Assembly: GCF_009914755.1 (NCBI RefSeq)
Contig: NC_060928.1
Strand: one strand, 5' to 3'
Length of the DNA: 64,000 nucleotides
Source: the human T2T-CHM13v2.0 reference genome, Homo sapiens
Part shown: positions 40,901-54,560 of the stretch, one piece after another
How the letters are laid out: each line of letters begins with the position of its first letter
Position numbering within the stretch: the stretch's first letter is position 1
The notes under the pieces: model-generated
Database searches by the model: none
The model's input: only the letters and a program-made list of their open reading frames with translations
Told to the model about the DNA's origin: nothing
Made by a program: the position numbers and the translations under genes

Positions 40901-43900
40901 CTTTGAGGCCTATGGTTAAAAGGAAATATCTTCCCATAAAAACTAGACAGAAGCCGTCTCAGAAACTTGTTTGTGATGTGTGTATTCAACTACCAGAGTT
41001 GAACATTTCTGTTACAGAGCAATTTTAAAACACTCTTTTTGTGGAATCTGAAAGTGGATAATTGGATAGCTTTGTGGATTTCGTTGGAAACGGGATGACG
41101 TATAAAATCTAGAGAGAAGCATTCTCAGGAACTTCTTTCTGATGTTTGCATTCAAGTCACAGAATTGAACATTCCTTTTCATAGTGCAGGTTTGAAACAC
41201 TCTTTCTGTAGTATCTGGAAGTGGACATTTCAAGCGCTTTCAGGCCTACGGGGAGAAAGGAAATATCTTCAAATAAAAACTAGACAGAAGGATTCTCAGA
41301 AACTTATTTGTGATGTGTGTCCTAAACGAACACAGTTGAACCTTTGTTTTGATACAGCATTTTGGAAACACTCCTTTTGTAGGATCTGCAGGTGGATATT
41401 TGGATAGATTTTAAGATTTCGTTGGAAACGGGAGTTTCTTCATAGAAACTCAAGACAGATGCATTCTCAGAAACATCTCTGTGATGTTTGCATTCCACTC
41501 ATAGAGTTGAAAACTTCCTTTCATAGAGCAGGTTTGAAACACTCTTTTTGTAATATTTGGAAGTGGACATTTGCAGCGCTTTGAGGCCTATGGTGAAAAA
41601 GGAAATATCTTCTCATAAAAACCAGAAACAAGCATTCTCAGAAACTTCTTTTTGATGTGTGTACTCAAGTAACAGAGTTGAACCTTCCTTTTGACACAGC
41701 AGTTTTGAAACAATCTTTTTGTAGAATCTGCAAGTGGATATTTGGATAGCTTTGAGGATTTCGTTGGAAACGGGATATCTTCATATAAAATCTAGACAGA
41801 AGCATTCTCAGAAACTTCTTTGTGCTGTATGTCCTCAATTAACAGAGTTGAACCATTGCTTGGATACAGCATTTTGGAAACATTCCTTGAGTAGAATCTG
41901 CAAGTTGATATTTAGATAGATTTGAAGATTTCGTTGGAAAAGGGAATATCTCCATAGAAAATCTAGAGGGAAGCATTCTCAGAAACTGCTTTGTGATGTT
42001 TCCATTCAAGTCACAGAGTTGAATATTCCCTTTTATAGAGCACGTTTGAAACACTCTTTCTGCACTATCTGGAAGTGGACATTTCGAGCGCTTTGAGGCC
42101 TATGGTGAAAAAGGAAATATCTTCCCATAAAAACTAGACAGAAGCATTCTCAGAAACTTGTTTGTGATGTGTGTATTCAACTAACAGAGTTGAACTTTTG
42201 TTTTTACAGAGCCGTTTTAAAACACTCTTTTTGTGGAATCAGAAAGTGGATATTCGGATGGCTCTGAGGATTTCGTTGGAAGCGGGATTACATATAAAAT
42301 CTAGAGAGAAGCATTCTCAGGAACTTCTTTGTGATGTTTGCATTGAAGTCACAGAATTGAACATTCACTTTGATAGAGCAGGTTTGAAACACTCATTCTG
42401 TAGTATCTGGAAGTGGACATTTCAAGCGCTTTCAGGCCTATGGTGAGAAAGGAAATATCTTCGAATAAAAACTAGACAGAAGCATCCTCAGAAACTTATT
42501 TGTGATGTGTGTCCTCAACTAACAGAGTTGAAACTTTGTTTTGATACAGCATTTTGGAAACACTCTTTTTGTAGAATCTGCAGGTGGATATTTGGATAGC
42601 TTAGAGGGATTCGTTGGAAAGGGGATATCTTCATATAAAATCTAGACAGAAGCATTCTCAGAAACTTATTTGTGATGTGTGTCCTCAACTAACAGAGTTG
42701 AACCTTGGTTTTGATACAGCATTTTGGAAACGCTCCTTTTGTAGAATCTGCAGGTGGATATGTGGATAGCTCTGAAGATTTCGTTGGAAACGGGAATTTC
42801 TTCATATAAAATCAAACAGAAGCATTCTCAGAAACTTCTCAGTGATGTTTGCATTCAGCTCATGGAGTTGAACACTTCCTTTCATAGAGCCGGTTTGAAA
42901 CACTCTTTCTGCACTACCTGGAAGAGGACATTTCGAGCGCTTTGAGTCCTATGGTGAAAAAGGAAATATCTTCTCATAAAAACCAGAAAGAAGCATTCTC
43001 AGAAACTTCTTTGTGTTGTGTGTACTCATGTAACAGTGTTGAACCATCCTTTTGACAGAGCAGTTTTGAAACACTCTTTTTGTAGAATCTGCAAGTGGAT
43101 ATTTGGATAGCTTTGAGGATTTCGTTGGAAACGGGATGACATATAATATCTAGAGAGAAGCATACTCAGGAACTTCTTTGTGATGTTTGCATTCAAGTCA
43201 CAGAATTGAACATTCCCTTTCATAGAGCAGGTTTGAAACACTCTTTCTCTAGTATCTGGAAGTGGGCATTTCAAGCGCTTTCAGGCCTATGGAGAGAAAG
43301 GAAATACCTTCAAATAAAAACTAGACAGAAGCATTCTCAGAAACTTATTTGTGATGTGTGTCCTCAACTAACAGAGTTGAACCTTTGTTTTGATACAGCA
43401 TTTTGGAAACACTCCTTTTGTAGAATCTGCAGGTGGATATTTGGATAACTTTGAAGATTTCGTTGGAAACCGGAATATCTTCATATAAAATCAAGACAGA
43501 AGCATTCTCGGAAACATCTCTGTGATGTTTGCATTCAACTCAGTAGAGTTGAACACTTCCTTTCATAGAGCCGGTTTGAAACACTCTTTCTGCACTACCT
43601 GGAAGCGGACATTTCGAGCGCTTTGAGGCCTATGGTGAAAAAGGAAATATCTTCTCATAAAAACCAGAAAGAAGCATTCTCAGAAACTTCTTTGTGTTGT
43701 GTGTACTCAAGTAACAGTGTTGAACCTTCCTTTTGACACAGCAGTTTTGAAACACTCTTTTGGTAGAATCTGCAAGTGGATATTTGGATAGCTTTGAGGA
43801 TTTCGTTGGAAACGGGTTATCTTCATATAAAATCCAGACAGGAGCATTCTCAGAAACTTCTTTGTGCTGCATGTCCTCAATTCACAGAGCTGAACCTTTG

Positions 43901-46900
43901 TTTGGATACAGCATTTTGGAAACATTCCTTTAGTAGAATCTGCAAGTTGATATTTAGATAGCTTTGAAGATTTCGTTGGAAACGGGAATATCTTCATAGA
44001 AAATCTAGACGGAAGCATTCTCAGAAACTGCTTTGTGATGTTTGCATTCAAGTCACAGAGTTGAATATTCCCTTTTATAGAGTAGGTTTGAAACACTCTT
44101 TCGGCACTACCTGGAAGTGGATATTTCGAGCTCTTTGAGGCCTATGGTTAAAAGGAAATATCTTCCCATAAAAACTAGACAGAAGCCGTCTCAGAAACTT
44201 GTTTGTGATGTGTGTATTCAACTACCAGAGTTGAACATTTCTGTTACAGAGCAATTTTAAAACACTCTTTTTGTGGAATCTGAAAGTGGATAATTGGATA
44301 GCTTTGTGGATTTCGTTGGAAACGGGATGACGTATAAAATCTAGAGAGAAGCATTCTCAGGAACTTCTTTCTGATGTTTGCATTCAAGTCACAGAATTGA
44401 ACATTCCTTTTCATAGTGCAGGTTTGAAACACTCTTTCTGTAGTATCTGGAAGTGGACATTTCAAGCGCTTTCAGGCCTACGGGGAGAAAGGAAATATCT
44501 TCAAATAAAAACTAGACAGAAGGATTCTCAGAAACTTATTTGTGATGTGTGTCCTAAACGAACACAGTTGAACCTTTGTTTTGATACAGCATTTTGGAAA
44601 CACTCCTTTTGTAGGATCTGCAGGTGGATATTTGGATAGATTTTAAGATTTCGTTGGAAACGGGAGTTTCTTCATAGAAACTCAAGACAGATGCATTCTC
44701 AGAAACATCTCTGTGATGTTTGCATTCCACTCATAGAGTTGAAAACTTCCTTTCATAGAGCAGGTTTGAAACACTCTTTTTGTAATATTTGGAAGTGGAC
44801 ATTTGCAGCGCTTTGAGGCCTATGGTGAAAAAGGAAATATCTTCTCATAAAAACCAGAAACAAGCATTCTCAGAAACTTCTTTTTGATGTGTGTACTCAA
44901 GTAACAGAGTTGAACCTTCCTTTTGACACAGCAGTTTTGAAACAATCTTTTTGTAGAATCTGCAAGTGGATATTTGGATAGCTTTGAGGATTTCGTTGGA
45001 AACGGGATATCTTCATATAAAATCTAGACAGAAGCATTCTCAGAAACTTCTTTGTGCTGTATGTCCTCAATTAACAGAGTTGAACCATTGCTTGGATACA
45101 GCATTTTGGAAACATTCCTTGAGTAGAATCTGCAAGTTGATATTTAGATAGATTTGAAGATTTCGTTGGAAAAGGGAATATCTCCATATAAAATCTAGAG
45201 GGAAGCATTCTCAGAAACTGCTTTGTGATGTTTCCATTCAAGTCACAGAGTTGAATATTCCCTTTTATAGAGCACGTTTGAAACACTCTTTCTGCACTAT
45301 CTGGAAGTGGACATTTCGAGCGCTTTGAGGCCTATGGTGAAAAAGGAAATATCTTCCCATAAAAACTAGACAGAAGCATTCTCAGAAACTTGTTTGTGAT
45401 GTGTGTATTCAACTAACAGAGTTGAACTTTTGTTTTTACAGAGCCGTTTTAAAACACTCTTTTTGTGGAATCAGAAAGTGGATATTCGGATGGCTCTGAG
45501 GATTTCGTTGGAAGCGGGATTACATATAAAATCTAGAGAGAAGCATTCTCAGGAACTTCTTTGTGATGTTTGCATTGAAGTCACAGAATTGAACATTCAC
45601 TTTGATAGAGCAGGTTTGAAACACTCATTCTGTAGTATCTGGAAGTGGACATTTCAAGCGCTTTCAGGCCTATGGTGAGAAAGGAAATATCTTCGAATAA
45701 AAACTAGACAGAAGCATCCTCAGAAACTTATTTGTGATGTGTGTCCTCAACTAACAGAGTTGAAACTTTGTTTTGATACAGCATTTTGGAAACACTCTTT
45801 TTGTAGAATCTGCAGGTGGATATTTGGATAGCTTAGAGGGATTCGTTGGAAAGGGGATATCTTCATATAAAATCTAGACAGAAGCATTCTCAGAAACTTA
45901 TTTGTGATGTGTGTCCTCAACTAACAGAGTTGAACCTTGGTTTTGATACAGCATTTTGGAAACGCTCCTTTTGTAGAATCTGCAGGTGGATATGTGGATA
46001 GCTCTGAAGATTTCGTTGGAAACGGGAATTTCTTCATATAAAATCAAACAGAAGCATTCTCAGAAACTTCTCAGTGATGTTTGCATTCAGCTCATGGAGT
46101 TGAACACTTCCTTTCATAGAGCCGGTTTGAAACACTCTTTCTGCACTACCTGGAAGAGGACATTTCGAGCGCTTTGAGTCCTATGGTGAAAAAGGAAATA
46201 TCTTCTCATAAAAACCAGAAAGAAGCATTCTCAGAAACTTCTTTGTGTTGTGTGTACTCATGTAACAGTGTTGAACCATCCTTTTGACAGAGCAGTTTTG
46301 AAACACTCTTTTTGTAGAATCTGCAAGTGGATATTTGGATAGCTTTGAGGATTTCGTTGGAAACGGGATGACATATAATATCTAGAGAGAAGCATTCTCA
46401 GGAACTTCTTTGTGATGTTTGCATTCAAGTCACAGAATTGAACATTCCCTTTCATAGAGCAGGTTTGAAACACTCTTTCTCTAGTATCTGGAAGTGGGCA
46501 TTTCAAGCGCTTTCAGGCCTATGGAGAGAAAGGAAATACCTTCAAATAAAAACTAGACAGAAGCATTCTCAGAAACTTATTTGTGATGTGTGTCCTCAAC
46601 TAACAGAGTTGAACCTTTGTTTTGATACAGCATTTTGGAAACACTCCTTTTGTAGAATCTGCAGGTGGATATTTGGATAACTTTGAAGATTTCGTTGGAA
46701 ACCGGAATATCTTCATATAAAATCAAGACAGAAGCATTCTCGGAAACATCTCTGTGATGTTTGCATTCAACTCAGTAGAGTTGAACACTTCCTTTCATAG
46801 AGCCGGTTTGAAACACTCTTTCTGCACTACCTGGAAGCGGACATTTCGAGTGCTTTGAGGCCTATGGTGAAAAAGGAAATATCTTCTCATAAAAACCAGA

Positions 46901-48608
46901 AAGAAGCATTCTCAGAAACTTCTTTGTGTTGTGTGTACTCAAGTAACAGTGTTGAACCTTCCTTTTGACACAGCAGTTTTGAAACACTCTTTTGGTAGAA
47001 TCTGCAAGTGGATATTTGGATAGCTTTGAGGATTTCGTTGGAAACGGGTTATCTTCATATAAAATCCAGACAGGAGCATTCTCAGAAACTTCTTTGTGCT
47101 GCATGTCCTCAATTCACAGAGCTGAACCTTTGTTTGGATACAGCATTTTGGAAACATTCCTTTAGTAGAATCTGCAAGTTGATATTTAGATAGCTTTGAA
47201 GATTTCGTTGGAAACGGGAATATCTTCATAGAAAATCTAGACGGAAGCATTCTCAGAAACTGCTTTGTGATGTTTGCATTCAAGTCACAGAGTTGAATAT
47301 TCCCTTTTATAGAGTAGGTTTGAAACACTCTTTCGGCACTACCTGGAAGTGGATATTTCGAGCTCTTTGAGGCCTATGGTTAAAAGGAAATATCTTCCCA
47401 TAAAAACTAGACAGAAGCCGTCTCAGAAACTTGTTTGTGATGTGTGTATTCAACTACCAGAGTTGAACATTTCTGTTACAGAGCAATTTTAAAACACTCT
47501 TTTTGTGGAATCTGAAAGTGGATAATTGGATAGCTTTGTGGATTTCGTTGGAAACGGGATGACGTATAAAATCTAGAGAGAAGCATTCTCAGGAACTTCT
47601 TTCTGATGTTTGCATTCAAGTCACAGAATTGAACATTCCTTTTCATAGTGCAGGTTTGAAACACTCTTTCTGTAGTATCTGGAAGTGGACATTTCAAGCG
47701 CTTTCAGGCCTACGGGGAGAAAGGAAATATCTTCAAATAAAAACTAGACAGAAGGATTCTCAGAAACTTATTTGTGATGTGTGTCCTAAACGAACACAGT
47801 TGAACCTTTGTTTTGATACAGCATTTTGGAAACACTCCTTTTGTAGGATCTGCAGGTGGATATTTGGATAGATTTTAAGATTTCGTTGGAAACGGGAGTT
47901 TCTTCATAGAAACTCAAGACAGATGCATTCTCAGAAACATCTCTGTGATGTTTGCATTCCACTCATAGATTTGAAAACTTCCTTTCATAGAGCAGGTTTG
48001 AAACACTCTTTTTGTAATATTTGGAAGTGGACATTTGCAGCGCTTTGAGGCCTATGGTGAAAAAGGAAATATCTTCTCATAAAAACCAGAAACAAGCATT
48101 CTCAGAAACTTCTTTTTGATGTGTGTACTCAAGTAACAGAGTTGAACCTTCCTTTTGACACAGCAGTTTTGAAACAATCTTTTTGTAGAATCTGCAAGTG
48201 GATATTTGGATAGCTTTGAGGATTTCGTTGGAAACGGGATATCTTCATATAAAATCTAGACAGAAGCATTCTCAGAAACTTCTTTGTGCTGTATGTCCTC
48301 AATTAACAGAGTTGAACCATTGCTTGGATACAGCATTTTGGAAACATTCCTTGAGTAGAATCTGCAAGTTGATATTTAGATAGATTTGAAGATTTCGTTG
48401 GAAAAGGGAATATCTCCATAGAAAATCTAGAGGGAAGCATTCTCAGAAACTGCTTTGTGATGTTTCCATTCAAGTCACAGAGTTGAATATTCCCTTTTAT
48501 AGAGCACGTTTGAAACACTCTTTCTGCACTATCTGGAAGTGGACATTTCGAGCGCTTTGAGGCCTATGGTGAAAAAGGAAATATCTTCCCATAAAAACTA
48601 GACAGAAG
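25985..48608 (+). repeat. Seven 3232-bp 19-mer HORs with scattered SNVs (starts 25985, 29217, 32449, 35681, 38913, 42145, 45377)
   Basis: 3232-bp spacing. SNVs seen at 27004, 31443, 34675, 37907, 42732, 43164, 45189, 45964, 46851 and 47970. Confidence 0.92.
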
Positions 48609-49457
48609 CATTCTCAGAAACTTGTTTGTGATGTGTGTATTCAACTAACAGAGTTGAACTTTTGTTTTTACAGAGCCGTTTTAAAACACTCTTTTTGTGG
48701 AATCAGAAAGTGGATATTCGGATGGCTCTGAGGATTTCGTTGGAAGCGGGATTACATATAAAATCTAGAGAGAAGCATTCTCAGGAACTTCTTTGTGATG
48801 TTTGCATTGAAGTCACAGAATTGAACATTCACTTTGATAGAGCAGGTTTGAAACACTCATTCTGTAGTATCTGGAAGTGGACATTTCAAGCGCTTTCAGG
48901 CCTATGGTGAGAAAGGAAATATCTTCGAATAAAAACTAGACAGAAGCATCCTCAGAAACTTATTTGTGATGTGTGTCCTCAACTAACAGAGTTGAAACTT
49001 TGTTTTGATACAGCATTTTGGAAACACTCTTTTTGTAGAATCTGCAGGTGGATATTTGGATAGCTTAGAGGGATTCGTTGGAAAGGGGATATCTTCATAT
49101 AAAATCTAGACAGAAGCATTCTCAGAAACTTATTTGTGATGTGTGTCCTCAACTAACAGAGTTGAACCTTGGTTTTGATACAGCATTTTGGAAACACTCC
49201 TTTTGTAGAATCTGCAGGTGGATATGTGGATAGCTCTGAAGATTTCGTTGGAAACGGGAATTTCTTCATATAAAATCAAACAGAAGCATTCTCAGAAACT
49301 TCTCAGTGATGTTTGCATTCAGCTCATGGAGTTGAACACTTCCTTTCATAGAGCCGGTTTGAAACACTCTTTCTGCACTACCTGGAAGAGGACATTTCGA
49401 GCGCTTTGAGTCCTATGGTGAAAAAGGAAATATCTTCTCATAAAAACCAGAAAGAAG

Positions 49458-51328
49458 CATTCTCAGAAACTTCTTTGTGTTGTGTGTACTCATGTAACAG
49501 TGTTGAACCATCCTTTTGACAGAGCAGTTTTGAAACACTCTTTTTGTAGAATCTGCAAGTGGATATTTGGATAGCTTTGAGGATTTCGTTGGAAACGGGA
49601 TGACATATAATATCTAGAGAGAAGCATTCTCAGGAACTTCTTTGTGATGTTTGCATTCAAGTCACAGAATTGAACATTCCCTTTCATAGAGCAGGTTTGA
49701 AACACTCTTTCTCTAGTATCTGGAAGTGGGCATTTCAAGCGCTTTCAGGCCTATGGAGAGAAAGGAAATACCTTCAAATAAAAACTAGACAGAAGCATTC
49801 TCAGAAACTTATTTGTGATGTGTGTCCTCAACTAACAGAGTTGAACCTTTGTTTTGATACAGCATTTTGGAAACACTCCTTTTGTAGAATCTGCAGGTGG
49901 ATATTTGGATAACTTTGAAGATTTCGTTGGAAACCGGAATATCTTCATATAAAATCAAGACAGAAGCATTCTCGGAAACATCTCTGTGATGTTTGCATTC
50001 AACTCAGTAGAGTTGAACACTTCCTTTCATAGAGCCGGTTTGAAACACTCTTTCTGCACTACCTGGAAGCGGACATTTCGAGCGCTTTGAGGCCTATGGT
50101 GAAAAAGGAAATATCTTCTCATAAAAACCAGAAAGAAGCATTCTCAGAAACTTCTTTGTGTTGTGTGTACTCAAGTAACAGTGTTGAACCTTCCTTTTGA
50201 CACAGCAGTTTTGAAACACTCTTTTGGTAGAATCTGCAAGTGGATATTTGGATAGCTTTGAGGATTTCGTTGGAAACGGGTTATCTTCATATAAAATCCA
50301 GACAGGAGCATTCTCAGAAACTTCTTTGTGCTGCATGTCCTCAATTCACAGAGCTGAACCTTTGTTTGGATACAGCATTTTGGAAACATTCCTTTAGTAG
50401 AATCTGCAAGTTGATATTTAGATAGCTTTGAAGATTTCGTTGGAAACGGGAATATCTTCATAGAAAATCTAGACGGAAGCATTCTCAGAAACTGCTTTGT
50501 GATGTTTGCATTCAAGTCACAGAGTTGAATATTCCCTTTTATAGAGTAGGTTTGAAACACTCTTTCGGCACTACCTGGAAGTGGATATTTCGAGCTCTTT
50601 GAGGCCTATGGTTAAAAGGAAATATCTTCCCATAAAAACTAGACAGAAGCCGTCTCAGAAACTTGTTTGTGATGTGTGTATTCAACTAACAGAGTTGAAC
50701 ATTTCTGTTACAGAGCAATTTTAAAACACTCTTTTTGTGGAATCTGAAAGTGGATAATTGGATAGCTTTGTGGATTTCGTTGGAAACGGGATGACGTATA
50801 AAATCTAGAGAGAAGCATTCTCAGGAACTTCTTTGTGATGTTTGCATTCAAGTCACAGAATTGAACATTCCTTTTCATAGTGCAGGTTTGAAACACTCTT
50901 TCTGTAGTATCTGGAAGTGGACATTTCAAGCGCTTTCAGGCCTACGGGGAGAAACGAAATATCTTCAAATAAAAACTAGACAGAAGGATTCTCAGAAACT
51001 TATTTGTGATGTGTGTCCTAAACGAACACAGTTGAACCTTTGTTTAGATACAGCATTTTGGAAACACTCCTTTTGTAGGATCTGCAGGTGGATATTTGGA
51101 TAGATTTTAAGATTTCGTTGGAAACGGGAGTTTCTTCATAGAAACTCAAGACAGATGCATTCTCAGAAACATCTCTGTGATGTTTGCATTCCACTCATAG
51201 AGTTGAAAACTTCCTTTCATAGAGCCGGTTTGAAACACTCTTTCTGCACTACCTGGAAGAGGACATTTCGAGCGCTTTGAGTCCTATGGTGAAAAAGGAA
51301 ATATCTTCTCATAAAAACCAGAAAGAAG
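49458..51328 (+). repeat. 11-mer HOR structural variant, copy 1 (1871 bp: M6-M15 plus hybrid M16/M5)
   Basis: The M6-associated ORF recurs after 1871 bp (49490 to 51361). M17-M19 and M1-M4 are absent. Monomer 51158-51328 begins as M16 and ends as M5. Confidence 0.95.
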
Positions 51329-54300
51329 CATTCTCAGAAACTTCTTTGTGTTGTGTGTACTCATGTAACAGTGTTGAACCATCCTTTTGACAGAGCAGTT
51401 TTGAAACACTCTTTTTGTAGAATCTGCAAGTGGATATTTGGATAGCTTTGAGGATTTCGTTGGAAACGGGATGACATATAATATCTAGAGAGAAGCATAC
51501 TCAGGAACTTCTTTGTGATGTTTGCATTCAAGTCACAGAATTGAACATTCCCTTTCATAGAGCAGGTTTGAAACACTCTTTCTCTAGTATCTGGAAGTGG
51601 GCATTTCAAGCGCTTTCAGGCCTATGGAGAGAAAGGAAATACCTTCAAATAAAAACTAGACAGAAGCATTCTCAGAAACTTATTTGTGATGTGTGTCCTC
51701 AACTAACAGAGTTGAACCTTTGTTTTGATACAGCATTTTGGAAACACTCCTTTTGTAGAATCTGCAGGTGGATATTTGGATAACTTTGAAGATTTCGTTG
51801 GAAATCGGAATATCTTCATATAAAATCAAGACAGAAGCATTCTCGGAAACATCTCTGTGATGTTTGCATTCAACTCAGTAGAGTTGAACACTTCCTTTCA
51901 TAGAGCAGGTTTGAAACACTCTTTCTGCACTACCTGGAAGCAGACATTTCGAGCGCTTTGAGGCCTATGGTGAAAAAGGAAATATCTTCTCATAAAAACC
52001 AGAAAGAAGCATTCTCAGAAACTTCTTTGTGTTGTGTGTACTCAAGTAACAGTGTTGAACCTTCCTTTTGACACAGCAGTTTTGAAACACTCTTTTGGTA
52101 GAATCTGCAAGTGGATATTTGGATAGCTTTGAGGATTTCGTTGGAAACGGGTTATCTTCATATAAAATCCAGACAGGAGCATTCTCAGAAACTTCTTTGT
52201 GCTGCATGTCCTCAATTCACAGAGCTGAACCTTTGTTTGGATACAGCATTTTGGAAACATTCCTTTAGTAGAATCTGCAAGTTGATATTTAGATAGCTTT
52301 GAAGATTTCGTTGGAAACGGGAATATCTTCATAGAAAATCTAGACGGAAGCATTCTCAGAAACTGCTTTGTGATGTTTGCATTCAAGTCACAGAGTTGAA
52401 TATTCCCTTTTATAGAGTAGGTTTGAAACACTCTTTCGGCACTACCTGGAAGTGGATATTTCGAGCTCTTTGAGGCCTATGGTTAAAAGGAAATATCTTC
52501 CCATAAAAACTAGACAGAAGCCGTCTCAGAAACTTGTTTGTGATGTGTGTATTCAACTACCAGAGTTGAACATTTCTGTTACAGAGCAATTTTAAAACAC
52601 TCTTTTTGTGGAATCTGAAAGTGGATAATTGGATAGCTTTGTGGATTTCGTTGGAAACGGGATGACGTATAAAATCTAGAGAGAAGCATTCTCAGGAACT
52701 TCTTTCTGATGTTTGCATTCAAGTCACAGAATTGAACATTCCTTTTCATAGTGCAGGTTTGAAACACTCTTTCTGTAGTATCTGGAAGTGGACATTTCAA
52801 GCGCTTTCAGGCCTACGGGGAGAAAGGAAATATCTTCAAATAAAAACTAGACAGAAGGATTCTCAGAAACTTATTTGTGATGTGTGTCCTAAACGAACAC
52901 AGTTGAACCTTTGTTTTGATACAGCATTTTGGAAACACTCCTTTTGTAGGATCTGCAGGTGGATATTTGGATAGATTTTAAGATTTCGTTGGAAACGGGA
53001 GTTTCTTCATAGAAACTCAAGACAGATGCATTCTCAGAAACATCTCTGTGATGTTTGCATTCCACTCATAGAGTTGAAAACTTCCTTTCATAGAGCAGGT
53101 TTGAAACACTCTTTTTGTAATATTTGGAAGTGGACATTTGCAGCGCTTTGAGGCCTATGGTGAAAAAGGAAATATCTTCTCATAAAAACCAGAAACAAGC
53201 ATTCTCAGAAACTTCTTTTTGATGTGTGTACTCAAGTAACAGAGTTGAACCTTCCTTTTGACACAGCAGTTTTGAAACAATCTTTTTGTAGAATCTGCAA
53301 GTGGATATTTGGATAGCTTTGAGGATTTCGTTGGAAACGGGATATCTTCATATAAAATCTAGACAGAAGCATTCTCAGAAACTTCTTTGTGCTGTATGTC
53401 CTCAATTAACAGAGTTGAACCATTGCTTGGATACAGCATTTTGGAAACATTCCTTGAGTAGAATCTGCAAGTTGATATTTAGATAGATTTGAAGATTTCG
53501 TTGGAAAAGGGAATATCTCCATAGAAAATCTAGAGGGAAGCATTCTCAGAAACTGCTTTGTGATGTTTCCATTCAAGTCACAGAGTTGAATATTCCCTTT
53601 TATAGAGCACGTTTGAAACACTCTTTCTGCACTATCTGGAAGTGGACATTTCGAGCGCTTTGAGGCCTATGGTGAAAAAGGAAATATCTTCCCATAAAAA
53701 CTAGACAGAAGCATTCTCAGAAACTTGTTTGTGATGTGTGTATTCAACTAACAGAGTTGAACTTTTGTTTTTACAGAGCCGTTTTAAAACACTCTTTTTG
53801 TGGAATCAGAAAGTGGATATTCGGATGGCTCTGAGGATTTCGTTGGAAGCGGGATTACATATAAAATCTAGAGAGAAGCATTCTCAGGAACTTCTTTGTG
53901 ATGTTTGCATTGAAGTCACAGAATTGAACATTCACTTTGATAGAGCAGGTTTGAAACACTCATTCTGTAGTATCTGGAAGTGGACATTTCAAGCGCTTTC
54001 AGGCCTATGGTGAGAAAGGAAATATCTTCGAATAAAAACTAGACAGAAGCATCCTCAGAAACTTATTTGTGATGTGTGTCCTCAACTAACAGAGTTGAAA
54101 CTTTGTTTTGATACAGCATTTTGGAAACACTCTTTTTGTAGAATCTGCAGGTGGATATTTGGATAGCTTAGAGGGATTCGTTGGAAAGGGGATATCTTCA
54201 TATAAAATCTAGACAGAAGCATTCTCAGAAACTTATTTGTGATGTGTGTCCTCAACTAACAGAGTTGAACCTTGGTTTTGATACAGCATTTTGGAAACGC

Positions 54301-54560
54301 TCCTTTTGTAGAATCTGCAGGTGGATATGTGGATAGCTCTGAAGATTTCGTTGGAAACGGGAATTTCTTCATATAAAATCAAACAGAAGCATTCTCAGAA
54401 ACTTCTCAGTGATGTTTGCATTCAGCTCATGGAGTTGAACACTTCCTTTCATAGAGCCGGTTTGAAACACTCTTTCTGCACTACCTGGAAGAGGACATTT
54501 CGAGCGCTTTGAGTCCTATGGTGAAAAAGGAAATATCTTCTCATAAAAACCAGAAAGAAG
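51329..54560 (+). repeat. Full 19-mer (register M6 to M5) between the two 11-mers
   Basis: 3232-bp spacing (51361 to 54593); carries SNVs at 51499, 51805, 51907, 51942 and 54299. Confidence 0.92.
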
